In this document: positions 38,437 through 50,634 of the stretch, in pieces
Layout of the letters: every line of letters starts with the position of its first letter
How positions within the stretch are numbered: the stretch's first letter is position 1
NCBI RefSeq assembly: GCF_006345805.1
Contig: NC_043000.1
Span: forward strand, 80,166,001-80,230,000
From: Octopus sinensis
Taxonomy: Eukaryota
Length of the DNA stretch: 64,000 nt
Reading direction: 5' to 3'
The notes under the pieces: model-generated
Databases searched by the model: none
What the model saw: the letters and a program-made list of their open reading frames with translations, nothing else
What the model was told of the DNA's origin: nothing
Program-made: the position numbers and the translations under genes

Positions 38437-38709
38437 AATAACCTTTGCATTTGATTTTTTAATGTCTCTACCCTCATACTTTCTTGAGTTGAATTGAACA
38501 AACACTATATGAGAGAGGTTTTCTTTAAGTGTTAGAAATAGTTTTTTTAGCTGCTATTTCTAACGAGTTCAGTATGCGGCAAAGTAATTTATTTTACTAA
38601 GCCCTTTTATATAATGTAATAATTTGAATTTGCCTTAAATGGTCCCTTTGTATACTGAATACTTGGTGAAATTGATTAATTAATTAATTAATTTTACCCT
38701 CAATTGTTG

Positions 38710-38783
<74 letters not shown>

Positions 38784-38816
38784 TAGATAGATAGATAGAC
38801 TGACAGACAGACAGAC

Positions 38817-38872
<56 letters not shown>

Positions 38873-38873
<1 letters not shown>

Positions 38874-39570
38874 CTGTGTCTGTCAAAAAAATGTATACAA
38901 ATCTCAAGATAGAAAAATATTTAGAAACATTTTAATACTAATTTTATTCAGACAACATGGGATTAATACAAGTTACCTTTAATTTCTACAGTTACAAAAG
39001 GTGCACAAACTGGTGGCTGCTAGTTACCAGACACTTAGTATGGTGAACTGCTGCTTGGGCAACGTTAGTCAAAGTGTTCAGTGGGATTGTTGCACATGCT
39101 GTGTCAGTTTCTTCCTGAAGGGCTGTCAGTGTAGCTGGTTTTCTGCAATGCATGACATCCTTTAGGGTATCCCTTAAGTAAAATTCTGCAGTTTTTAAAT
39201 CATATCTTAGCCAATGTTCTTGCAAATTCTCATCCAGGTAAGCTTATACATCTCAGCAGTAGTGTGATTGTGCACCACCTTGTTGAAAGAAAAATTCCTC
39301 GTATCCAAAATGCAAATGTAAGATGGACATGCATAGCATGTCTATGTATATTTCATCAGTAACAGAACGTTCAAGGAAAAATGATCCTATTAAACCTCTC
39401 ACTAACACTCTACATCAGACATTGACTCCTGGTCAATTGACTACTTTATCTACATAGCAAAAAAAAAAGAAAAGGGCAAAATAGAGATGACTGAATAAAA
39501 TTTGTTGTGGAATATTTCTACAGATTTTTCTGTCCCTGAAGTGTATATGCATTTTATTGCTGGACTCTGT
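38873..39570 (-). mobile_element. Tc1/mariner-superfamily transposase C-terminal remnant (rosa/DD41D-like)
   Basis: FFQQGGAQSHY..AYLDE..., LKDVMHCRKPATL..., FVHLL; degenerate. Confidence 0.55.
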
Positions 39571-40468
39571 ATATATATATATTTCAATATGTATTCAAAG
39601 ACCTTATTATAGATTCATTTCAGCTAATTTTATAAATTTTTTTTTTTTTTAATGAGAGCTTGACAATGGCTTTTCCACTGGAAGTCAAGAAGTGTCAGTT
39701 CTGATTTCTGGGCGTTCTGAAAAATAAACATCTCACAGGAAAAGCCCAGAGAGGAATTTTTTGTTATTTATGCTCTTTGGAAAGGATCATATTCTGCCAT
39801 TACAGTGTAAGGGATAAATGTCTGAAGAATAGGGCTGAGGATAGAGTGTAAATGAGAAGGGCTTGATAAGTATGAAGGAGGCAGAAAGTGGGGGTGGGGA
39901 GGGTGGTCAACCGTAAAATTCTATGTGGACTTGTAGATACATGTGTATCTCTGCTTACTGACAGGGATCCTTTGACATCACCTCCACTTTATATACAACT
40001 GTTTCTGCGTTGTAGAAAATTGTAGTGGGTAGGCCATTACCTGAAACAGAAACAATATGCTCATGCAGCAGCAACACTTAATTGCCAACGCGACACAGAG
40101 ACCATCATATACTATTAGCAAGAAATTTAGGAAAGACAGTATGTCACATCTTCACATTTTCATAATTATTCTAAGATGAGTGGATGATAATAATATTTTG
40201 AGGAATATGATCTCCAACTGAAATGTAGTTTAGATGTGTTATTCTTAAATGCTTTCTTTTACTTTGCAAGCTGCAAGGCTACCCCAAGAGCATTAGTTCT
40301 ATGAAAAGCACCCTATATACACTAAGTGACTTTATTTGACTTTATCTCTCTCTCTTTCTCTCTTCTCTCTCTCTCTTTTTCTCTCTCTTTCTCCATATAT
40401 GCTGCCTTCTCAACTTTTATGCATTTCTTCTCTTATTTAATTTTTTAGTTCATGATGATTTGTGGTTT

Positions 40469-40523
40469 GTGCCTGATGAATATGTTTGAGATAATTTTCA
40501 ACATAGGAAACTATTAGTAGCAC
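40469..40523 (+). ncRNA. Type I hammerhead, intact (same family as 3719-3799)
   Basis: GTGC-CTGATGA-A-TATGTT...AACATA-G-GAAAC-TATTA-GTA^GCAC. Confidence 0.8.
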
Positions 40524-40610
40524 TTAAAACATGTATTGTGCTCTCATCAGATGGAGTACCTCTTTTGTTGATCTTTCTATCACCGAACAATGCATTATAT
40601 ATATATATAT

Positions 40611-41555
40611 ATATGTCATATCACCGACTCCTTCACCTGCACTTCTACCAATATCGTCTACTGCATCTCCTGCTCTCTCTGCTCTTCTCTATACATTGGG
40701 CAAACAGGATGCCATTTGGCTGACCGGTTCATGGAGCACCTCCGAGACATCCGACTAAACAATGACACCTTGGTCTCACGCCATTTCTGCTCTACCGGTC
40801 ACTCTTTGCAACAACTGTCTGTGTTCGGATTGTCTTTGCACAAGGGTCAGCTGGACTCCCATTTGCGCCGTGAACAGGGATTAAACTTCTCTCTTTGCTC
40901 CTTTGCGCCACATGGGCTCAACTCTCCTCCTCTCTTCATCTAACCCTTCTCCCCTCTCCTCTCTCCCTCTCACACCTACTTCCTCTCACCCACCTCTCCT
41001 CTCTTGCTCTGACTCCTACTTCTACTCTTCACTCCTACCCACCTTCTCCCCTCGCCCTCTCCCTTCATTGTAACTCCACCTTCCCTATCCATTCCATCCC
41101 ACCCCACCACATACCACTACACCATACACCACCATACCACACAATACCACATCACATCACACCACCAAGCACATACTAGCACTGACCACTCCCCAGCCCC
41201 ACAACATCATCCACACACCTACACATACACACACACGTCAAGGTCACCAGCCCTCTTCCACATGTACATACATGCTCTCTTATACACATGCTCACACACC
41301 TTTGTTTTGGGATCACTTTATTATCTCCCCTTCTTCCTAGCTCTCCTGTGTGACCCCTCTGTCTGGCATTCGCCATGATAGATTGCTAGCCACTACACGT
41401 TCTTTATTTTCTCTCCTTATTTCTTTTTGTGTTCCTCTCTGTGGAAGACCGTAGGCTCGAAACGTTAAAGACTTTTTCACTTTCCGAGCATTAGACAAAT
41501 ACATTTGTTTGTTGTCTAAACCACCTGTCATCGTTTACTGTTTTTTTTGTGAATT
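40611..41555 (+). mobile_element. PLE 3' fragment with GIY-YIG ORF (40611-40943) and pseudo-LTR
   Basis: NIVYCISCSLCSSLYIGQTGCHLADRFMEH...HFCSTGHS...APHGLN; (TA)n flanks. Confidence 0.9.
41435..41470 (+). ncRNA. Hammerhead-like motif with atypical CTGTGGA core
   Basis: CTCT-CTGTGGA-A-GACC-GTAG-GCTC-GAAA-CG-TT^AAAG; equivalent position to 31538-31573. Confidence 0.4.
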
Positions 41556-41613
41556 CTCTTTCTCTATATATATACATACATACATACATATATATATATA
41601 TATACATACATAT

Positions 41614-41664
<51 letters not shown>

Positions 41665-42834
41665 TATATATATATTATATATATATATATATTCGTATGT
41701 GTGTATGCAAGTGTATGCTTGTGTCAGCTTACATTTGGGCTTGCTTTCACATGTGTAAACAAAAGACTCATTCAAAGATTGTTGTTTGTTTCCAGTTTTC
41801 CACATAACCAAATCCAGGTTGTTTATTGCTCTATAAACTGGGAAATTATTACTTTGTTTGGAAACAAATGACAGTTGGTAGGAGGAAGGATACCAGGCAT
41901 CTGACTGTGGAAAAATCTGCCTCATCATATTCTTATCTGACCCATGACATAATGGAAATGTGATGATGATGATGGTATTCATCGCTAAATTTGAGATCAA
42001 TGATCAGAGAATTGATGTTCCTATTCTCAAATATCTTCTCCATTAAAGCATAGAACCTTTGAGTTGAATTAAAGAACACCATTGTCATTATCTACACTGT
42101 GCCAAGACATTATTTGTATCCAATGCATATTCTATTCATATCCAGCTATGACTCAGTCAGATTCACCATTGTATTTTTATGGCCAGAAGTGAGATAATCG
42201 ATGATTGATTGCTTCATTTAGGAACTGTCAAGTTGAGTTGAGCACACACACACACACACACTCATGTACGTATATACAAGACAATGATTACTGTGATGAT
42301 GGAAGTCCTCAGTGAATTGAGTCTTGCTGGAAAAGATTAAGGAAACTAGTTGAGACATTAGGTTTTAGATCAATCAAATAATTCAGAAATCGCCTTCACA
42401 TTTATAAATTACACTGTCCTGGCAATTCAGAATGGCAGAATACAGAAAATACTGGAAGAATGTCTTTCAGAATTTAGTTCATCTCCCACTACATTCTCAG
42501 GTCAAATGCCATCTGGACTAATAATATTATATACCAGTCATATACGAGACAAGACAATAAAATTTATTAGCTACACTCCCACTCTAACACTGATGGTTGT
42601 GCTAATGTGAAAAACTATTATTTTACTATCTAACAATACAGAACTCATTGATTTAGATGAAATCCTAATGATATTGCTTTTGTGTTTGGCTAACTTGGCT
42701 TAATGTAAAAAAACACCTGTAATACTATAATGAGCCATAGCTGGGGCCTCAACATTATTGTTGACCTAATATGTAACATATATGTGTGTGTGTCTATGTA
42801 TGTATCTATATGTGTGTATGTGTGTGTATGTATG

Positions 42835-42871
<37 letters not shown>

Positions 42872-42895
42872 GTGTGTGTGATTGTGTATAGAAGA

Positions 42896-43338
42896 ATATA
42901 TTAATAAAAGGAATTCCAACCTTGTCTGATTTTCACGTTTTATTTACAATCTTATAATGATATATTATAAGATAATATATTATAATTGAATAAAATAAAA
43001 TGAAATAGTAGAATGTTAAATGTTCATTCTGATTGAACTAGTACTTTCATGCATTGAATTCTGCAATCTTCGGGTTCATGTAGTAGTGGTGACAGTCATG
43101 CTTCACAATTTTTGACTGTCAAAAATTGTGAAGCATGACTGTCACCACTACTACATGAACCCGAAGATTGCAGAATTCAATGCATGAAAGTACTAGTTCA
43201 ATCAGAATGAACATTTAACATTCTACTATTTCAATTTATTTTATTCAATTATAATATATTATCTTATAATATATCATTATAAGATTGTAAATAAAACGTG
43301 AAAATCAGACAAGGTTGGAATTCCTTTTATTAATATAT
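42896..43338. repeat. Near-perfect palindrome, 221-bp arms, single-base centre at 43117
   Basis: Directly visible; one arm mismatch noticed; (TA)n-rich flanks. Confidence 0.95.
43156..43200 (+). ncRNA. Type I hammerhead, U4C core; mirror copy at 43034-43078 (-)
   Basis: TGAAC-CCGAAGA-T-TGCA-GAATTCAA-TGCA-T-GAAA-GTAC-TA^GTTCA; palindromic AGTACT. Confidence 0.7.
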
Positions 43339-45009
43339 ATATATATATATATATAATTTAGTTGTGAGGATTCATTAGGACCTAGGCTCGTATATGATTG
43401 TATATCTAGTGAACAATTCTGCAGTTGTGTGGCTCTCTATAGTTTGTTCATGTTAAGTCGGATATACAAAATGCTATTTTGAACTGATACTGATTCTATT
43501 TGTGATCCTAGTGTTTTGTTAATCACTGCTTTTCAGTATCAACAGCAGCTAAATTAATCTAAGCATGCAGTTACTAAGTGGATACTTGCTACTAATGATG
43601 CTCACAGAGGTTAAAATCTAGATCCAGCAATTCCGCCACTGCTATAAACTGTTTTCTTTTGCTATTGGTATATTTCTGTGCTTTTTAGCACTATACATCT
43701 AGATTAGAAGCTACCTTGAGGTGAATTCTGCAGTTGTGTGGTTTTCTACAGTACATCTAAGTCAAGTAGGATATGCCAAATGCTATCTTGACTAATACTG
43801 CTTTATAGAAGAAAACAATACCCAAATGTGTTGCACAGTCGGATCAAATCTTGAGTACAGGGTTGTGAAGTAAACTTCTTAATCACACAATCATCTCTGC
43901 ACCAATGGAAGAATAGTTACAGTACTCTCTCTCAATGTCTTCATCTCCATACCCAATTGATTATCTGATACTTTATCACTGTAGTTATCCGTACTACTTT
44001 TGGCAACAACAATCCTTGAAATAACACTTCTTATTACTAAATGTCTTTTCTTGTTTTTTCTCCCTATGCTGAGACAGCAAAAAATATCTTCAAATATCTG
44101 ATCAGATTTCAGTTATTCATGATAAAACATGAAGAACATCTTAAAAAAAAAGAAGAAAGCAAATATTGTAAAGAGGAAAGTAACGAGATATTGTGAGAAA
44201 GAACATCAGGAACAAGTTGAATATTGGCAAAGAATAAAGTCTTGCAGTAAAAAATACACATGAAAAAAGGCAAGATTTGTTACTATGCAGACAGCCATTT
44301 GTGACTGCTATTTTACATTATGTCATAATTAGAAAAAGGATGTCACTTTAATGTATTTCATATATATTGGATCAGCTTTAATTGAATCATCTCACACACT
44401 TTTATGCAATGGCAGCTGTCTGACAAGATTATTACACATTCCTCTTCTTGCCTACTTACTGGTTTCAATCAATGGGCTGTGGCCATGCTGGAGCACTGCC
44501 TACAACTGTTTTAGTTTATCATATCGACCCAGTACTTTGTCTGGTGGTTATTTTATCAAGCTCGTTACAATCCAAAAGCACACAAACATATATCTATCTG
44601 TCTGGCTTTCTGTTTGCCTATCTACTTAGTTAACTTTATATCTACATACATTTCTCTCTATATCATCATCATCATCATCGTTTAACATCCGCTTTCCATG
44701 CTGGTATGGGTTGGATGGTTTGACTGAGAGCTGGTGAGCCAGAATGCTGCATCAGGCTCCAATCTGATCAGGCAAAGTTGCTACAGCTAGATGCCCTTCC
44801 TAATGCCAACCACTCTGAGAGTGTAGTGGGTGCTTTTACATGCCACTGGCACAGCAGCCAGTCAGGTGATGCTGGCAACAATCATGCTCGAATGATGCTT
44901 TTTACATGCTGTGCTGAGTTTTTTTTTTTGTTATCTGTTCTATACACTTATGGTTCTGTTAATCATTAAGGTTTACATAGGTTAGGGCCTTATTATCATC
45001 ATACAATAA

Positions 45010-46030
45010 ACCCTGAATATTATATGTATCGAATTCTTGAAATCCCATTGCTTCTGCCATTTGTACAAGGTAACTCTTTATGGAAACTGTTTCATCCACT
45101 ACCATATGGTCTTCCTTAATTGGGACTCAAGTTTTACCAAAAACCAATGAGTCATTGCATGGTGTAATTTTCCAGAATTATTTGACAGATTAATGTTTAT
45201 CATCAATTACTGTAAACAACTGATTTTAAGTTTTCTTATAGACCTTGAAAACAGACCTAACTCCCTATAGTAGTGAAGCTGTGTTTGATATGCACATTTA
45301 AACTGAAACAAGATCTGAAGTGTGACAGATGTGATGGCCCAGAATAAAACTACTCTTGGGCACAAAATTATTCTTTTCATCATAATGTTTGACAGCAGGT
45401 AAAGATATTTAACAAATAACTCAGTAAACAAGTGTAATCTGAGCGTTTTTGTTAGATTTTCATTTAATCTTTTGGAGATTGAGCTTCATTTGGAGTTTCA
45501 GGACCAAGGAGACAGAGCCCTTGTCACAAGCCCTACAGAGGGCATGCACTTATTATTCAAAAGAAATTGTAAAAAATAAAGTAATTACTTTGCATATATA
45601 AAACTATACATATTCTTGTAGGAAACTGAATGAACTAATACAATCTTCTTTGTCATTCAACTTTTTGCCCGATAGATTGGCCCTGTTGTCTCCTAAGGGT
45701 TAAATTTCAAGACAATATTCATTCCACATAGGGTATCAAAATAATAATCAAATAATAGCTAAAGTTTCCTCTTTCTTTTCAATTGCATTAGAAATTCTGA
45801 TGCATCCAAGATATCATCACTCCTTCTTTTACTCAAATGTTATGGCTACTAAATCTTTCAAACCATTCGTGAGATGTAACAAACATCTGAGTAACTTTCC
45901 TAGCTTTATTTTTCAATTTGCTAAAATAATATAATGCTTTTGTTGGATAATGGTTTGATCGGGTGGCAAGTGATACTATGACATACCATCCATCCATCCA
46001 AAAACTTAACAGCTCCTGCCAAACCATCCA
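45010..46030 (-). mobile_element. pogo/Tigger-like transposase remnant
   Basis: KALYYFSKLK...FVTSHEWFERFSSHNI resembles the CENP-B-type HTH; MAEAMGFQEFD resembles the Tigger C-terminus. Confidence 0.55.
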
Positions 46031-47390
46031 ACCTATGCTAACATAGAAAATAAATGCTAAATGGTGGTGGTCGTCATGATGATGATGAAGGCATGCTGCA
46101 TCACACCCTTCAATTTTTGTGACTCTGAATAATCAGTAATACATTATTACAAGCTACTATAGCTTTGCTAAGCTATGCATGGAAATAATAGGAACAAGAA
46201 TGTGTTGGTGTTGTGTTTATTAGGTTTCAATCAGCTACACTAATAAAGGCAAGTACAATCAGCCATTTAAATACCTAGACTCCTTTTTCACCTAGTCAGA
46301 AGTCCCTGCTCTGTGGACCAGCTCACTAGCTAGCCCACAGTGAAGTCTCTGTCTACAGCTCATCTGTTACGAGTTTATGGCCAGTGCCCTACACTACCAC
46401 TGTCTAACATTTGCATGACAAGTTCCTCTTACGAGTCCTCTCCATTTATTGGTGATAACCTGGAATGACACTTCCTGATATCTCTGGTGTAGCATTCATG
46501 CAACCTCAGAATGACATCTAAAGGCAGCATAGACCTACTATATTATTGCTCCACCTCTTAAGGCTTTCTATTATCCATCTATCTAAGAATTAAGATGTTC
46601 TATGAGAGTAATGAAAGGTGCAATGACAACAAAACTTCCATTACAATCTTACTGGAACTACAAGACCCAGAGCATCATTAGATGTACTAGATCATGTGTG
46701 TGTGTTTGTGTGTGTATGTGTGTGTGAGTGTGTGCATGTGAGTGTGTATACCTACACACATATATATGTATATATATGCATGTGTGAGCACGTGTGTGTG
46801 CATGTATGTTATACATTTCAATTAAAGACAGAGAGAGATGAGTGGATAGGTGAGTAGTTAAGTAGAAAGAGAGACAGACATACAGACAGAGAGGAAGCAA
46901 AAGTGTGATAAATAAGATTTATGATACAAGGCAGGGTGGTAGTTGCGTGGGGTCATGACATAATAGAAAAGAGATCAATTCCAGATGACTATTCTACTAT
47001 GTTAAGGTGAAGTGGGGGTAACTAGAACAAAAGTTCCATAAAATTGTCTACAGTTTCAAAATAATTATCTCATAAATATTGGTGATTTTGTCTATAGTTG
47101 TTATTGTTGTTGTTATTATATTTGCTACTGTAAATATTGCTTAGCTCGTTAATGCAAAGAGAATTAATATGGAGCAGATTAGAAATAATTAGAAGCAATA
47201 ATATAAAGACATTTATATATCTTTAGCAAGATTGATAATGTTCTTCTTTGATTAATATTTAATCTTTATTTGGTTTATGGCTTTAGTTCCATTATTTTTC
47301 TGTGATTGCTTGGAAATATATTATTTAATATATTATTAATAATAAGCTACATCAGTCTTTAGAATTTCTCTTCCCCTCTCTCTAATTACA

Positions 47391-47391
<1 letters not shown>

Positions 47392-47475
<84 letters not shown>

Positions 47476-47478
47476 ACA
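47392..47478. repeat. (CA)n microsatellite
   Basis: Directly visible. Confidence 0.95.
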
Positions 47479-47524
47479 AACAGACCACATTGTCAGTGAC
47501 AGAAGTAACTGTCAAGACTATTTG

Positions 47525-47770
47525 ATTATGTCAGCTGAAAAGTTCATAGTCTGACCAAGATACTCTCATGGAATGTGAACAAATGATGTTTATTTTTCAA
47601 TATAATCCCCCTTGTGATTCCCACACTTCTTCCATCGGTATTGCAGTGCTTGGATCCTTTTGATGAAAAAGCTTTCATTCTGTTGGCCAAAAAATCACCA
47701 GCAGCAATTATGACATTGTCATCACTGATGTTGTTTTCATGTTGGAAATAAGATGATAGTCAGATGGGGT
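47525..47770 (-). mobile_element. mariner-like transposon 3' end remnant
   Basis: Minus strand SDDNVIIAAGDFL...SKG... followed by a TIR-like GTCAGCTGAAAAGTTC on the plus strand. Confidence 0.5.
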
Positions 47771-47833
47771 CTTGTTTGTTGTTCTCTCACCTCACCTGTC
47801 TCTGCCTTTTATTTTCCATACAATTTTGAACTA

Positions 47834-48300
47834 ATCATCATCATCATCATCATCATTGTTTAACGTCCGTTTTCCATGCTAGCATGGGTTGGACGATTTG
47901 ACTGAAGACTGGCAAACCAGATGGCTGCACCAGGCTCTAATCTTGATCTGGCAGAGTTTTTACAGCTGAATGCCCTTCCTAACGCCAACCACTCCGAGAG
48001 TATAGTGGGTGTTTTTACGTGCCACTGGTACGAGGGTCAGTCGGGCGTTACTAGTAATGGCCACGCTCAAATGGTGTTTTTTTACATGCCACCTGCACAG
48101 GAGCCAGTTAAGCAGCACTGGCAATGACCTCGCTCAAATGTTTTTTCACGTGCCAGTAAGGCGACGCTGGTAATGATCATGCTCGAATGGTGGTATTTTA
48201 CATGCCACCTGCACGGAAGCCAGATAGCCGCTCTGGCAGCGATTATGCTCAGATGGTGCTCTTAGTGCTCCACTAGCACAGATGCCAGTCATCGAATTTG
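47834..48300 (-). mobile_element. SINE family C with diverged internal tandem repeats
   Basis: Same body as 62841-63376. Confidence 0.8.
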
Positions 48301-50568
48301 ATTTTATATATATATATATATATGGACTGCAGTCATGCTGAGGCACTGCCTTGAAGGGCCTAGTTGAACAAATCTACCCTTGTACTTACGTTACTTACGT
48401 TTGTTCTTTTACGTATGGCATGCAGTGACTGGATGCCTCCAACTGATAATTTCCAGAACAATGAAATCATGTGATAGGGACGTTCTGGTGCCCATGACAA
48501 ACAATTATCATTTGCTACAATCTGTGTGTGCTTTTATGCACCAAGTGCCTATATGAGAGGATCTCTCAAGGCTAATAGTGCAGTATTAGCAAGATATTCA
48601 TGTTAAGTTGGGTAAACACACACACACACACGCACACTCACACGCACATGCATGAACACACACACACACACATGACAAACTTCTCTCAGCTTCTGTCAAC
48701 CAAATTCGCTCACAAAGTTTTGGTCAGTCTGAAGTTACAATAGAAGATAGCTGCCTAAGTTTCTATACTGTGGGACTGAACATGAAATAACATGATTATG
48801 AAGTGAACTTCTTAATCACACAGCCATGCTTGTACCTATTTATATATATATATATATATATATACTCAACATATGTTAGTAAAATACACTAACCTCAAAC
48901 ACCACACCCACATATGTAACTAATTTCTAATTCAAATACCTCCTTTATAAACTCTAATATATTCATGACATCTTCAGCTGATTAAGGTATCATCATGGTT
49001 TCAATACCTGACACAATACCATTTCATTTGATGGTATTACCTGTCTAAAAATAGTTTCAACACTGCTTGAAAATGCACAAACAGAATTGTTAAATGAAAC
49101 AAAATGAAAATATTAAAAGTTAGAAAGCATATAAAAGATAAATATGAAGCATGTGTAAAGGAAAGATATAATACATGTAAGATATATAAATCCATATATA
49201 TCTGGATCAAAATCTCAGAACTCACCTAGAAACTACTGAGCCCCAGAACACTATAGCACATTAGCTATGCATAGGAAGAAAAGTCAGAAAATATGGTTGT
49301 AACAAAAATAGAGGCAACAAAAAGGGAGGAAGACACAACCTACAAGCTGAAGTGATGAATGCAAAAAAGAAAAAGACATTTCTTAAGAACCAAAGATAAT
49401 AAGGGTAAAACAAGAGTGATAGAAGGTAGTAGAATCCAAGTCAATAATAAGATATCATATCTACAGTGTGGAGAAGTTGCACTTTTCCATGCTTGTATGA
49501 GTTGGACGGAATTTGTTATTTTCTATGACAATGATTTTCTATACCTTTCATTTTGTCAACCATCACCTATTTCCAAGTAAAGTAATATTTGCTTGGCCAG
49601 ACATTTTTCCACAGAGGATTGGGAATGAAGGATTGAACATGCATGACAGTGATACTCATTTACAACTCTTCTAAGGCAAGGAGACACCAACTCACACACA
49701 AACGCATTCTTTATTCTTTTACTTTTTTTCTAATCATTTGACTGCAGCCATGCTGGAGTACCATCTTAAAGGGTTCTTTAGTTAAAGAAATCGACCCCAG
49801 GACTTATTCTTTGTAAGCCTAGTACTTATTCTATTGATCTGTTTTGTTGAACCTTTAAATTACAGGGACATAAACACATCAACATCTATTGACAGGCTAT
49901 GGTGGGAGACAAATACAGACACAAAGACACATTCACATAAATAGATGCATATATATATATGATAGGCTTCTTTCAGTTTCCATCTACCAAATCCACTCAC
50001 AAGGCTTTGGTCAACCCAAGGCTATAGAAGAAGATACTTGCCTGAGGTGTTGTGTAGTGGGACTGAACCCAGAACATGTGGTTGAGAAACGAGCTTCTTA
50101 CCACACAACTATTCCTGCTGCTATATATACAAACAATGTGCTTATTTCAGCTTTTCCTCCCAAATGTACTTACATCTAACCAATCTCTCCACCCTAAAGA
50201 CAGAGTCTGAATTTACAGTAAGGCTTATATGCATACACTACTGGTTGCATATCTTTAACTTTTTGCACACTCCATCTGCCAACTTTACAGCTATTATATA
50301 ATTCTGAACCCTCAAAAACAGCTGTTGGATCTGAAATATCATGCCCTCTCTCCTTAGTTTTCCGTATCTTTTCTATTCCATGTAAATCTCTTCTGCAAAT
50401 ATATGAATATATACCTATATACTTATACATGAATGCTCATCTGAATCGCGCCAAAATGAAGACATTTGAAAAATACCCCCAAATATAATTTGCAGAACTT
50501 TGTACATACTCTCTTTCGGGTGAGTGTTGTGTGTATAGTTCTGGAAATTGTGTTCTGTAAGTGACAGA

Positions 50569-50634
50569 CTATGATGATGAGCTTGCAGATATTTACATTC
50601 GTAAATATTAACAAGCGAAACCATTGGTACATAG
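50569..50634 (+). ncRNA. Type I hammerhead with C3A, probably inactive
   Basis: CTATG-ATGATGA-GCTTG..ATATTTA/TAAATAT..CAAGC-GAAA-CCATTGG-TA^CATAG; perfect stems I and II. Confidence 0.65.

Larger units (their letters stand above)
37271..38712. mobile_element. 550-bp hammerhead-bearing tandem unit (retrozyme-like): about 1.4 copies one way, then about 1.2 copies inverted
   Basis: AAAAGGGC at 37271 and 37821; inversion junction at GCCC 38050-38053; inverted period 38050/38601; (TA)n on both flanks. Confidence 0.85.
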
